Below are positions 1-9,446 of a DNA stretch of 64,000 nucleotides, one piece after another (position 1 is the first letter of the stretch; every line of letters begins with the position of its first letter). The stretch is from Candidatus Omnitrophota bacterium. Its GTDB lineage: Bacteria > Omnitrophota > Gorgyraeia > Gorgyraeales > Gorgyraeaceae. A program made the position numbers and the translations under genes. The DNA is taken from the NCBI GenBank assembly GCA_030649895.1, contig JAUSEX010000026.1, positions 16,823 through 80,822 of the forward strand, in the 5' to 3' direction. Under the pieces are notes generated by a model. The model worked only from the letters and a program-made list of their open reading frames with translations, was not told where the DNA came from and ran no database searches.

Positions 1-292
1 GAATGCGCTCCAGAATTTTCTGCATCACAGGCCTTGAATCCATAAAGGATATTCCGAAATCAAACCTCGCGAATCTCTTCAGCCATGCAATATACTGGAT
101 ATGAAGCGGCTTATCCAGGCCGTATAAATGCGAAATCCTCTCTCTCGCTTCCATTGAAACCTTGGGATTAAACTGCGCCTCCAGATCAGTGGGTTTCCCT
201 GGCGCGATATGAATAACGCTGAACGTAATAATAGTTATACCGAGTAAAAGCACGACCAGCCCGATAATTCTTTTTAAAATATACTTTCCCAT
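1..292 (-). CDS. ABC transporter permease (OppB/DppB-like), N-terminal part; the gene continues past the window start
   Basis: The reverse-complement translation from the ATG at 292 reads MGKYILKRIIGLVVLLLGITIITFSVIHIAPGKP..., a typical peptide-ABC permease N-terminus. It lies directly downstream of the substrate-binding protein gene. Confidence 0.6.
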   Translation of the reverse strand, partial: MGKYILKRIIGLVVLLLGITIITFSVIHIAPGKPTDLEAQFNPKVSMEARERISHLYGLDKPLHIQYIAWLKRFARFDFGISFMDSRPVMQKILERI

Positions 293-338
293 TTTTTACT
301 TTCTCACCCAAACAACTGGAAAAAACGACATTGTTGGA

Positions 339-1946
339 CTAGTAGGTGTAACGCTGTTGGGCGCTAGGCACAAACCACTTTATAAAATTATGTCCTATGC
401 CGCTGGGCGCGACTTCAATGCCTTTAAAGCGGCTGTTTAATATAGGCAGGGCATCAGGAACAAATAAAAATAGATACGGCTGATCCCGATACAGGATCTC
501 GTGTATCCTGTGGTAGATAATCTTGCGCTCCTCCTGATTAAAAGTCCTTCTTCCCTTCAAAAGCAAATCATCCACTTCGGGATTGCTGTAACCTACAAAA
601 TTAAATTCGCCTTGTTTTGTTTTGGAAGAATTCCATATATCATACATGTCAGGGTCCATAGATAATCCCCATCCCAAAAGAACAGCTTCAAACCTCCTCT
701 TGTCTATAAACTCGCTGACAAACGCGCTCCATTCTATTATTTTTATTTTAACCTCGATACCTACTTCCTTAAGCCTTCTCTGAATTATTTCCAATACCAT
801 CTTGCGTTCGTCATTGCCCTGATTAGTAATAACAGTAAATGAAAATTTCATCCCGTCTTTTTCCAGGATCCCGTCTCCGTCTTTATCCATCCAGCCGGCT
901 TCTCTTAAAATCTCCCTGGCCTTTTCCGGATTATATTCCAAAGGCTTGACATCTTTATTGTACGCCCAGGATTCAGGTATAAAAGGCCCTGTTGAAACCC
1001 TGCCAAGGCCCAAAAGCACCCCTTTTATAATCTCCTCTTTGTTTATGGCGTAATTTATCGCCCGCCTCACATTGACATCTTTAAACTTCTGGTCCTTTAA
1101 GTTATATCCCATATAAGTATATCCAAAACTTGGAAAATTAAACCTCTGAAAATTCTTTTTGAAAAACTCTGTTTCTGTCTGGCGCCTGAATTGTATGGGC
1201 GTCAAAGACGAGTAATCCACTGCCTGGGCCCTTAATTCAAGAAATAGAGTCGCTGCATCAGGTATGATCCTGTAGATATACCTGTCTATATGAGGCCGGC
1301 CTTCAAAATAACCGCGATTAGAAACCAGCTCCACCCTTTCGCCTGTCTTCCATAATTTAAATTTATATGGCCCTGTGCCGATAGGATTTCTGGCGAATTT
1401 TGTAGTATTAAGGTCTTCTCTTTCCAATAAATGCCTGGGCATAATATTCATTCCCCAGCTGGCAAGCCCTGGACTAAAAGGCTCTTTGTAATAAACCTTT
1501 AATGTGTAATCGTCTACAACCTCAAGATTTTTTACCATCAGAAAATCCCCGCCGTAAGGGGTTCTCACTGCTGGATTAATCAGACTTTTATAGGTAAACT
1601 CCACGTCTTTGGAGGTAAACAGTTCTCCATCGTGCCACTTAACGCCTTTTCTTAAATAAAACGTGATCTCGAGTCCATCCTGCGAGACTTCCCATTTTTC
1701 TGCGAGGTCTCCTGTAAGATTCAGATCTTTATCGTATTTTATAAGGCCGTTAAAAATAAGGCTACAGATAGTGCCTGAAGAACTGTCAGACGCAAGGATC
1801 GGCACAAAGGTTCTTGGCTCGCCTATGGACCCCGTAACTATAGCGTCACCGTAATCAGGCGTAAACCCAAGCAAAAATAAAACCATAAATAAAAAGGCCG
1901 TCCGCCTAAGGCGGACGGCTAATATATTGTTAGTATATTTGTTCAT
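339..1946 (-). CDS. ABC transporter substrate-binding protein, family 5 (peptide/nickel, OppA/DppA-like)
   Basis: Family-5 SBP fold motifs are present, with a signal peptide (MNKYTNNILAVRLRRTAFLFMVLFLLG). The track ORF extends to 1973, but those extra codons are encoded by a repeat arm. The ATG at 1946 is preferred. Confidence 0.8.
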   Translation of the reverse strand: MNKYTNNILAVRLRRTAFLFMVLFLLGFTPDYGDAIVTGSIGEPRTFVPILASDSSSGTICSLIFNGLIKYDKDLNLTGDLAEKWEVSQDGLEITFYLRKGVKWHDGELFTSKDVEFTYKSLINPAVRTPYGGDFLMVKNLEVVDDYTLKVYYKEPFSPGLASWGMNIMPRHLLEREDLNTTKFARNPIGTGPYKFKLWKTGERVELVSNRGYFEGRPHIDRYIYRIIPDAATLFLELRAQAVDYSSLTPIQFRRQTETEFFKKNFQRFNFPSFGYTYMGYNLKDQKFKDVNVRRAINYAINKEEIIKGVLLGLGRVSTGPFIPESWAYNKDVKPLEYNPEKAREILREAGWMDKDGDGILEKDGMKFSFTVITNQGNDERKMVLEIIQRRLKEVGIEVKIKIIEWSAFVSEFIDKRRFEAVLLGWGLSMDPDMYDIWNSSKTKQGEFNFVGYSNPEVDDLLLKGRRTFNQEERKIIYHRIHEILYRDQPYLFLFVPDALPILNSRFKGIEVAPSGIGHNFIKWFVPSAQQRYTY

Positions 1947-1953
1947 ACAATGG

Positions 1954-2025
1954 AAAATAGGGACAGCGACCATTTTTAAAACAGTAGGAACTAAAAAAAT
2001 AAAAAATGGTCGCTGTCCCTATTTT
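1954..2025. repeat. Palindromic element, TAGGGAC-arm family copy 1: two 24-bp perfect inverted arms (AAAATAGGGACAGCGACCATTTTT) around a 24-nt spacer, overlapping the secG stop
   Basis: The inverted repeat was read directly from the sequence. The same arm motif recurs at 12406-12486 and 41241-41303. Confidence 0.7.
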
Positions 2026-2339
2026 ACAGGTTCTGCCGGAGTCGGAACTTGAGCCTCTGGCGCAGCAGTAGTAGCCTGCGGTATACTTACATTATCTACT
2101 ATAGATTTGGTTTTATGGCTTGATATAACTGCCAGGCTGATACAAGTGACTATAAATCCTATGGCACACACAGCAGTAAGCTTAGTAAGGACCGTCGTGC
2201 TTTTTGTTCCAAACATGTTCTGCATCTGAGAGCCGCCAAATGTATCTGCAACGCCTCCTCCCTTACCTGCCTGCAGCAATATCACAGCAATCAAAAAAAG
2301 GCTGATAATCACATGGATTACGATTAAAATAGAATACAT
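2019..2339 (-). CDS. secG: Preprotein translocase subunit SecG
   Basis: A small membrane protein with the LLQ.GKGGG motif. It has the classic position downstream of tpiA. Confidence 0.8.
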   Translation of the reverse strand: MYSILIVIHVIISLFLIAVILLQAGKGGGVADTFGGSQMQNMFGTKSTTVLTKLTAVCAIGFIVTCISLAVISSHKTKSIVDNVSIPQATTAAPEAQVPTPAEPVK

Positions 2340-2386
2340 CTAAGAACCCCTTCCTATTATCCACCTGTCAGGTGGATATGGTGACG

Positions 2387-3145
2387 TTATAATATAGAAT
2401 TCTCTACGATCTGGACAAAGGTATTCACATCCAGGCTTGCGCCGCCCACAAGAGCGCCGTCGATATCTTCCTCTGACATTAATTTGGCTATGTTGTCCGG
2501 CTTTACGCTTCCGCCATACTGAATCCTGACCTTCATCGAAGTCTCTTTTTCGAAATTCTTCTCTATAAAATCTCTTATAAATTTATGCGCCTCCTGCGCC
2601 TGCTGAGGAGTAGCTGTCCTGCCTGTGCCTATCGCCCACACAGGCTCATACGCGATAATAAGCCTTGCCGCTTCTTCTTTCATTAAATCCTTAAGACCTC
2701 TCGTAAGCTGTTTTTCAAGGATCTCGTAAGTTGTGCCATTGTCTCTTTCTTCCAGCCTTTCTCCAATACACATTATAGGAATCATGCCATATCTTAGCAC
2801 TACTTTTACTTTTTTATTTACAGCCTCATCTGTTTCTCCAAATAAACTCCTTCGCTCAGAATGTCCGACAATTACATATCTGACTCTTGCATCCTTTAAC
2901 ATTTTAGGAGAAACCTCTCCTGTAAAAGCGCCTTCCTCTTCCCAGTAAACATCCTGGGCGCCCAGCATAATACTTGAATCAGAAATCTCATCGCCTACCT
3001 TGCTCAAGGCTGTAAAAGGAGGGCAGATTACGATATCAGCTTCTCCAAACGTGTAAAATTTTCTCTTCAGCCCAACAGCTATATCGAGAGCGTCCTGAAT
3101 TGTCTTATGCATCTTCCAATTCCCTGCAATAATAGGCCTTCTCAT
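2387..3145 (-). CDS. tpiA: Triosephosphate isomerase
   Basis: IAGNWKMHKT, the active-site region and full length all match TIM. Confidence 0.95.
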   Translation of the reverse strand: MRRPIIAGNWKMHKTIQDALDIAVGLKRKFYTFGEADIVICPPFTALSKVGDEISDSSIMLGAQDVYWEEEGAFTGEVSPKMLKDARVRYVIVGHSERRSLFGETDEAVNKKVKVVLRYGMIPIMCIGERLEERDNGTTYEILEKQLTRGLKDLMKEEAARLIIAYEPVWAIGTGRTATPQQAQEAHKFIRDFIEKNFEKETSMKVRIQYGGSVKPDNIAKLMSEEDIDGALVGGASLDVNTFVQIVENSIL

Positions 3146-3158
3146 ATTTTTTTACCTT

Positions 3159-4340
3159 TTATTTATCGTTTAAGGCAGCTACCCCGGGAAGGACTTTGCC
3201 TTCCATGTATTCCAATGACGCCCCGCCGCCTGTAGAGATATGCGTCATAGCGTGTTCCAGTCCAAATTTTGCTATTGCGCTAGCTGTATCGCCTCCGCCT
3301 ATAATACTGATCGTTTTAAGGCCTGCTATAAATCTTGCCACATCTTCTGTGCCTCTTGAAAATTTGGTTATCTCAAATACCCCTAAAGGCCCGTTCCATA
3401 TAACCATCTTTGCGTTTCTCAATTCTTTTTTAAACTCGTCCACTGTCTTTGGCCCAACGTCCAAGGCCATCCATCCCTGAGGTATAGTGTCAGTCACGAC
3501 CTTTGTATTGCTAACAGCGTCGAATTTATCAGCAATAAGATGGTCCACGGGTAATACAATTTTAACGCCAAGCTCCTTCGCCTTTTTCATGATAGACTTC
3601 GCAATATCAATTTTATCCGCCTCAAGCTTTGAGCTGCCTATCTCCATTCCCTGGGCCTTTAAAAACGTATACGCCATTCCACCGCCGATAAGAATAGTGT
3701 CCACCTTTTTCATTAGGTTTTCAATGACCATTATCTTATCAGAAACCTTTGCGCCTCCTAAAATAGCCACAAAAGGTTTTGGCGGATTTGAAAACGCTTT
3801 TTCAAAGTACTCTATCTCTTTCGCCAGTAAAAACCCTGCCACGCAGATCTTTATATATTTTGTAACGCCTTCCGTGGAAGCGTGTGCCCTGTGAGCTGTT
3901 CCAAATGCGTCATTTACGTAAATCTCTCCCAAGTTAGCCAGCTTTTTAGCAAACTCAGGATCGTTCTTTTCTTCCTCCGGGTGAAATCTTAGATTTTCAA
4001 GCAACGCTACATCCCCGTCTTTCATGGCTGAAGCAGCCTTTTGAACCTCAGGCCCTATGCAATCATCCAGTTTCTGAACAGGTTTTCCCAGAAGTTCTGA
4101 AAGCCTTTTAGCGACAGGCGTAAGTCTTTCTGATTCATTGACGCCTTTCGGCCTTCCCAAATGGCTCATCAGTATAAGCCTTGCGCCATTATCAATAGCA
4201 TATTTTATGGTAGGCACTGCCGCGGTTATTCTCGTATCGTCTTCAATCTTCAGGTCTTTATCGAGCGGCACATTAAAATCCACCCTCATTAAGACCCGCT
4301 TACTTTTGATATTTATGTCTTTAATGGTCTTTTTGTCCAC
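3159..4340 (-). CDS. pgk: Phosphoglycerate kinase (GTG start)
   Basis: PGK N- and C-domain motifs (RVDFNVP, GGGA..). The start codon at 4338-4340 is GTG, preceded by GGAGGG. Confidence 0.95.
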   Translation of the reverse strand: MDKKTIKDINIKSKRVLMRVDFNVPLDKDLKIEDDTRITAAVPTIKYAIDNGARLILMSHLGRPKGVNESERLTPVAKRLSELLGKPVQKLDDCIGPEVQKAASAMKDGDVALLENLRFHPEEEKNDPEFAKKLANLGEIYVNDAFGTAHRAHASTEGVTKYIKICVAGFLLAKEIEYFEKAFSNPPKPFVAILGGAKVSDKIMVIENLMKKVDTILIGGGMAYTFLKAQGMEIGSSKLEADKIDIAKSIMKKAKELGVKIVLPVDHLIADKFDAVSNTKVVTDTIPQGWMALDVGPKTVDEFKKELRNAKMVIWNGPLGVFEITKFSRGTEDVARFIAGLKTISIIGGGDTASAIAKFGLEHAMTHISTGGGASLEYMEGKVLPGVAALNDK

Positions 4341-4408
4341 ACCCCTAACCCTCCGTATATATGAGATATTATATATAACATATATCCTTATTTAAATCAA
4401 CTAAAAAA

Positions 4409-6424
4409 TCAAATTGACCAGACAATACTAAGATTAATTTCTTTGCCGCTTGGGATCTCGAGGCTCCATCTGGGCAATATGCAGGACGCCTGAAAGTTGA
4501 GCTCGTAAGCCCTTTCAGACTGGGATACTGTCTTGACCGGGAAATACCATATGTTTTCCGGCTTTTTTGAAAATGTAAAATAAATGTCTATCTCTTTTCC
4601 TGAATCCTTTATTGAAAACGAATCAGTCCCTGGAACCGCGCCCTTTTCATTGAGGCTAGCCAGAATTTTATCGCCTGCGGAATAACTATATCTATCTGAA
4701 TTTAAATAAGGCATTGTCAGATTGAATTCTATCCCAAAAACAGTCTCTATGGCGTCCTTGCTTAAATTTCTTAAACTATACAATATTTCTACCTGCTTCC
4801 TGCCTTTTAATTTTATTTCTTTTGTAACAGCTATGGCCTTACCATCCGCTTTACCTTCCCTCGCAAGCGCAACTTTATCTTTTCCCTTATTAGCCTTATA
4901 ACTTGCATTTATAAAATCTCCTGATTCTTTAGACTTACAATCTATAAAATCGTCTAACCCTGTTGACCTATCGATAAAATGGTCTATAAGGCATCCTCTT
5001 ACATGGCTATCATAACAAAATTCGGATTTAAGCCCCGGGTCGATAACCTTGGTATCTTCGTGAATAGTGCGCACAGCTTTTGCGTCACCGGATTCCCCCA
5101 TCTTTGCCAGTATTTTTTTGTGATACGTTTCTTCATGCCTCGCTATCGAATTGATAAGGTTCGTAGATACTTTTTTTGCGTCCAATTCCCTTATTATCCC
5201 GCCTTTGTCAGGGTCTATACACAAAGAAATCTCTTCATTCTCAATAATAAATGCCTTTTTGCCGTCCTCATAAAAATCTAACTCTTTTATCTCGACCCAG
5301 CCTTTTTTAGCTTTATGTAAAATCTTGTCTGCTATTTTTTCAGCATTTATAAGATGCTCGTAGATAGCCTTCCTTAAATGATAAAGATATAGCCCTCCGA
5401 ATACGCCATGCCAGTAAGCGCAGTTACATTGGCCTTTATATAATTCCCGTAGAGCCAGTTTTGGCTGAAGGCCGAAGGCTGAAGGCTTAATAGAATTTAC
5501 TTTTTTGCTCACATAATGCATTTTTCTGGCCATCTGATTGGCTTCAGGATAAATTCTCAGGAAATTCAGCCATGAACCATGCGACCACTCCATCATCTCC
5601 TGATATGACGCGTCAGGTATCCTTATTTTTTTCACAGGCGAATTTGAATTCAGATAATCCGACAATTTAATAGTAACAACCCAATCCTTATTCCTGGTTA
5701 ATTCCTCAAAGAATTTATTAAGCCAGTTCTGCTTATAGACCCAGTCATAGGTGAAAGGCCATTCCCCGAATTTTTCAGCGTCATCTCCGTATGTAAACAA
5801 AGGCTCATGCCTTCTTGAAGAAATTCCTTTAAAATAATCCATGATCTCGCCTGGCATTTTAAAAGGTATCATGTAGCGCAGCCTTTTGCTTGAAGGGAAG
5901 ATAGCTATCTCTTTATTTTTTTCGCCTGTTGTAAAATAACCGAACAGTTCATCTATATGCAAACCTGCTTCTATAAAATGCTCATCGTCAAGAATAGAAT
6001 ATTTCATGCCGGCCTTATTGAAATCCTTGGCAAGTTCAGGAGCCCAAACCCTTTCAGGCGTCCACATGCCTTGGGCTTTTTGGCCGAATCGTTTTTTTAC
6101 ATAATCAGCCATCATCTTTATCTGGCCGATCCTGTCAATTTCCGGTATGCTTGTAAAAATAGGTTCGTAGTAACCGCCTCCTATGATTTCCACCTGGCGC
6201 CTGTCAACCATGGCTTTAACTCTGTCCATATAATCAGGATGCTTGTCCTCAAAATAATCCAGAAGACATCCTGAAAAATGAAACGCCATTTTTATATCAG
6301 GGTATTTCTCGAATACGTCAAGGAAAGGCTTATAGCAATTTTGATAGGCCCTCTCTACAATATTATCAAAATTACCTACAGGCTGGTGAAAATGCAAACA
6401 CATCCCAAAGTAAACTTTATTCAT
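4409..6424 (-). CDS. GH57 4-α-glucanotransferase (Thermococcus litoralis-type)
   Basis: HFHQP, the GGGYYEP nucleophile region and the DDAEKFG and CNCAYWHG motifs are collinear with the characterised GH57 4-α-glucanotransferase. Confidence 0.8.
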   Translation of the reverse strand: MNKVYFGMCLHFHQPVGNFDNIVERAYQNCYKPFLDVFEKYPDIKMAFHFSGCLLDYFEDKHPDYMDRVKAMVDRRQVEIIGGGYYEPIFTSIPEIDRIGQIKMMADYVKKRFGQKAQGMWTPERVWAPELAKDFNKAGMKYSILDDEHFIEAGLHIDELFGYFTTGEKNKEIAIFPSSKRLRYMIPFKMPGEIMDYFKGISSRRHEPLFTYGDDAEKFGEWPFTYDWVYKQNWLNKFFEELTRNKDWVVTIKLSDYLNSNSPVKKIRIPDASYQEMMEWSHGSWLNFLRIYPEANQMARKMHYVSKKVNSIKPSAFGLQPKLALRELYKGQCNCAYWHGVFGGLYLYHLRKAIYEHLINAEKIADKILHKAKKGWVEIKELDFYEDGKKAFIIENEEISLCIDPDKGGIIRELDAKKVSTNLINSIARHEETYHKKILAKMGESGDAKAVRTIHEDTKVIDPGLKSEFCYDSHVRGCLIDHFIDRSTGLDDFIDCKSKESGDFINASYKANKGKDKVALAREGKADGKAIAVTKEIKLKGRKQVEILYSLRNLSKDAIETVFGIEFNLTMPYLNSDRYSYSAGDKILASLNEKGAVPGTDSFSIKDSGKEIDIYFTFSKKPENIWYFPVKTVSQSERAYELNFQASCILPRWSLEIPSGKEINLSIVWSI

Positions 6425-6435
6425 ATATATAACCC

Positions 6436-6479
6436 ATCCGACTCACGAAGTCGCCATACGGCGACTTCGTGAGTCGGAT
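6436..6479. repeat. Perfect 20-bp-stem hairpin (ATCCGACTCACGAAGTCGCC-atac-GGCGACTTCGTGAGTCGGAT) directly after the glgA stop. Family-2 CCGACTC..GAGTCGG element with an inner palindrome
   Basis: Read from the sequence. Related shorter hairpins are at 24885-24907 and 58572-58596. Confidence 0.7.
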
Positions 6480-6487
6480 AAGGTTCT

Positions 6488-7924
6488 TTATAGGTTTTTA
6501 TATAGTTTCAGATATTTTTCTGCTGATGATTCCCAGGAAAAATCGCAGGATACGCAGTTTTTGAGAAGCGCGCCCCAAAGTTTTTTATCCTTAAACGTGG
6601 CTACTGCTTCTTTAATGGCCTCTAAAAACGCCTCATTGGTAGCGTCTTTAAATTTGAACCCGTTTCCTTTTTTAGCGGAAGGGTCGAAATTCTGTATAGT
6701 ATCGTCCAGTCCGCCCACCGCCCTTACCACGGGCACGGTCGCATATTTCAGGCTATACATCTGATTTAGTCCGCAAGGCTCATATCTGGAAGGCATTAAA
6801 AACATATCTGCCCCAGCCTCTATTTTATGAGACAGGGCATTGTCAAATTTTATACTGACGCCTACATTGCCCTTATGCTTCTTAGCCATATCCTGAAATA
6901 TCTTATTATATTTTTCGTCGCCGAACCCAAGGATTACAAAATCAGAATCTTTCAGTATATCCTTCATGATATTTACAACCAAGTCTATGCCTTTCTGTTC
7001 CGCGAGACGGGTTATCATCGCTAGAATCGGCCTCTTTGCGTTATATTTTATTTCAAATGTCTTGGCAAGGTCTTTTTTGCATTCTTCCTTAGCTTTCAAA
7101 TCCTCTTCGTTGAATTTCTTAGCTATAAACTGGTCCACTGCCGGATTCCAGACAGAATAATCAACTCCATTCACTATCCCATGAAGGTCTTTTTCTCTGG
7201 TCTTTAACAAGCCATCCAGCCCGCATCCGAATTCAGTAGTCAGGATTTCTTTGCTATAGCCCTTGCTCACAGTGCTTATCGCGTCTGAAAAAACTACGCC
7301 TGTTTTCATAAAGCTTATCTTATCCCAGAATTCAATCTTGTCCTGATTAAACAAATCCCAGGATATATCAAGATACGGAACTACATCTTTGATAAAAAGC
7401 CCTTGATAAGCCATGTTATGTATCGTGAACAGCACTTTTACATTATTAAACAACGGGTCATCTTTATAATGGGTCTTTATATATAAAGGCACCAGGCCTG
7501 ACTGCCAATCATTGCAATGAAATATGTCCTGTCTGCCTATGTAAGGTATAGACGCCAGTATTGCCTTTGCGTAAAAACCGAACCTAAAGGCATTGTCCTG
7601 GTAATCGCCCTTAGGCGTGCCGTATAAAAATTCCCTGTCGTAATATTCATTTTTCTCTATAAAATACACGTCCACGCCGTTATGTTTTAAAAGGAGCAGA
7701 TTGAAAAGCTCTTCCCTGTTATTTATCTTCAAAGAGATATTTTTCTTAAACATAACGGGCTTAAAACCGTTTTTCTTAACCAACTGATAGAAAGGCATGA
7801 TCGTACTCGTCTTATGGCCTTTTTTAACAATAGCCTCTGGCAGCGCACCTACTACATCAGCTAAACCGCCGGTCTTAGCGAACGGAAAAACCTCCGGGGA
7901 AATAAATAAAATGTTCATTTTCAT
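6488..7924 (-). CDS. glgA: Glycogen (starch) synthase, GT5
   Basis: N-terminal KTGGLADV motif, about 478 aa. Confidence 0.9.
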   Translation of the reverse strand: MKMNILFISPEVFPFAKTGGLADVVGALPEAIVKKGHKTSTIMPFYQLVKKNGFKPVMFKKNISLKINNREELFNLLLLKHNGVDVYFIEKNEYYDREFLYGTPKGDYQDNAFRFGFYAKAILASIPYIGRQDIFHCNDWQSGLVPLYIKTHYKDDPLFNNVKVLFTIHNMAYQGLFIKDVVPYLDISWDLFNQDKIEFWDKISFMKTGVVFSDAISTVSKGYSKEILTTEFGCGLDGLLKTREKDLHGIVNGVDYSVWNPAVDQFIAKKFNEEDLKAKEECKKDLAKTFEIKYNAKRPILAMITRLAEQKGIDLVVNIMKDILKDSDFVILGFGDEKYNKIFQDMAKKHKGNVGVSIKFDNALSHKIEAGADMFLMPSRYEPCGLNQMYSLKYATVPVVRAVGGLDDTIQNFDPSAKKGNGFKFKDATNEAFLEAIKEAVATFKDKKLWGALLKNCVSCDFSWESSAEKYLKLYKNL

Positions 7925-7989
7925 CCTTTCTTTGCCTATCCCGCTCTCCGGACGGGAATCATTCTGTCCGGGGGAACGGGATCAAGCTG

Positions 7990-9201
7990 TCATTGCAGAA
8001 TTTCGTCCCTGATTTTGCTGGCTATATGCCTTGCAGCAATCACTTTCCCGTAGCATTTTTTCTTTTCGAAATTCCTGCACCCTGAGCTGGCAACTGCCAG
8101 GTACGCATTAAACACTACTTCCTCTTGAAGGATAAGGCCTTTATTTACAAGATTTTCGCTCCACATCCTGCCTTTATTAGCCCACCAGAACTGGCAGCTG
8201 TGCAAAGCCATGTCCAGGTTTTCCCTGGCTGTATTAAAAAATTGCGCTGACTTTTCATTATCATTCTTATCTTCCGCTTCCCGGAATATCTCCAGGCATG
8301 TATCCATATATTCCCACTGCAGCCTGTGGATTGTATTGTGAGGCGTGTTCCATAGTGGATAATAGTTTCCCGCCATTATTTCTTCATTGGAGGTGCTCCA
8401 GGAAGAAGGCCTGGGAGGCTTTACCTTAACTGCTGGAAATATTTCCGATAAATCGCTGATCTTAACCACCTTTACTTCCTTTGAATCTCTTATTATTTCA
8501 TACGCTTTCCCCAAAAACATATTTTCCCAGCCATGGATATGATGGCCGAACGTTTCCGCGTCCATAGCCGTTATTATATAAGCATTTTCCTTGCCTTCCG
8601 CCAATTCTTTAATCCTTGACACAAACCCCGCGGCATCTATATTTTTAAAACTTATCATATTGCTGATTATATCGTCTCTGAAAAATACCTTCATGGAACC
8701 TGAGCCAAGCTTAAAATTTGACGTATAATCCATAGGCCATTTCCCCTGGCATGCGATCCCGCTCACTATAACCCACTCATAACCCATGCCTCTTACAATA
8801 GAGCCTGCTGCGTCAGAGTAGCACATCTCTGGCGGGAAAAATCCTTTTGGCTTATAGCTGTCTTTAAAAAAAGACAGGTTTGTTTTTTTATTCAGCTCTA
8901 TCTGCCTCCTGGCTTCATTCTCGGGTATCAAAGGTAGTATCGCGTGAAATTTCGCTGATTCTGTAAATTCTATCTGTCCAAGCCTGCCTAGTTCCATAAG
9001 GCCGGTTGGGACATCTCCAAAGCCATGATCAGCCAGCATCTCAGTCAGCACCCCGCACATATTTATCGTAACCCTGGATTCGGGATGATCTTTAAAGACC
9101 TTAACCAGAGGCCTGTAAGATTCTTCACAAATCTTTGCCAATACGCCATGCGACTGCGTCGGAGGTTGATAAAAATGTAAAAGCGGCGCCCAATATATCA
9201 T
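7990..9201 (-). CDS. Glycoside hydrolase family 57 protein of unknown specificity (about 400 aa class)
   Basis: N-terminal HFYQP motif and a DAETFGHH catalytic-Asp region. It overlaps the DUF2934 gene by 4 nt (ATGA). Confidence 0.7.
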   Translation of the reverse strand: MIYWAPLLHFYQPPTQSHGVLAKICEESYRPLVKVFKDHPESRVTINMCGVLTEMLADHGFGDVPTGLMELGRLGQIEFTESAKFHAILPLIPENEARRQIELNKKTNLSFFKDSYKPKGFFPPEMCYSDAAGSIVRGMGYEWVIVSGIACQGKWPMDYTSNFKLGSGSMKVFFRDDIISNMISFKNIDAAGFVSRIKELAEGKENAYIITAMDAETFGHHIHGWENMFLGKAYEIIRDSKEVKVVKISDLSEIFPAVKVKPPRPSSWSTSNEEIMAGNYYPLWNTPHNTIHRLQWEYMDTCLEIFREAEDKNDNEKSAQFFNTARENLDMALHSCQFWWANKGRMWSENLVNKGLILQEEVVFNAYLAVASSGCRNFEKKKCYGKVIAARHIASKIRDEILQ

Positions 9202-9386
9202 TTCATACCTAGTTCTTCTTTAGCTAATCTTTCAGCTTTAAGCCAGTCTTCCAGATCGTTTCCTGACTTACAGCCCCTTTTTTCATAAATCTCATACGCC
9301 TTTTTCTGGACTAGCTGCATAAATTCTTCGCGGCTTACCCTGTTTTCATTATCCAGCGACAGTATCTTTTTTAGTTTCTTTAACAT
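9198..9386 (-). CDS. DUF2934 family small protein (62 aa)
   Basis: KKAYEIYEKRG....GNDLEDWLKAE matches the DUF2934 signature. It is translationally coupled (ATGA overlap) to the downstream GH57 gene. Confidence 0.6.
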   Translation of the reverse strand: MLKKLKKILSLDNENRVSREEFMQLVQKKAYEIYEKRGCKSGNDLEDWLKAERLAKEELGMK

Positions 9387-9446
9387 TTATCCTCCTCTGT
9401 TACGTTTCATTGACTATATCAGATAACAAAATCTCTGTCAACGAGT

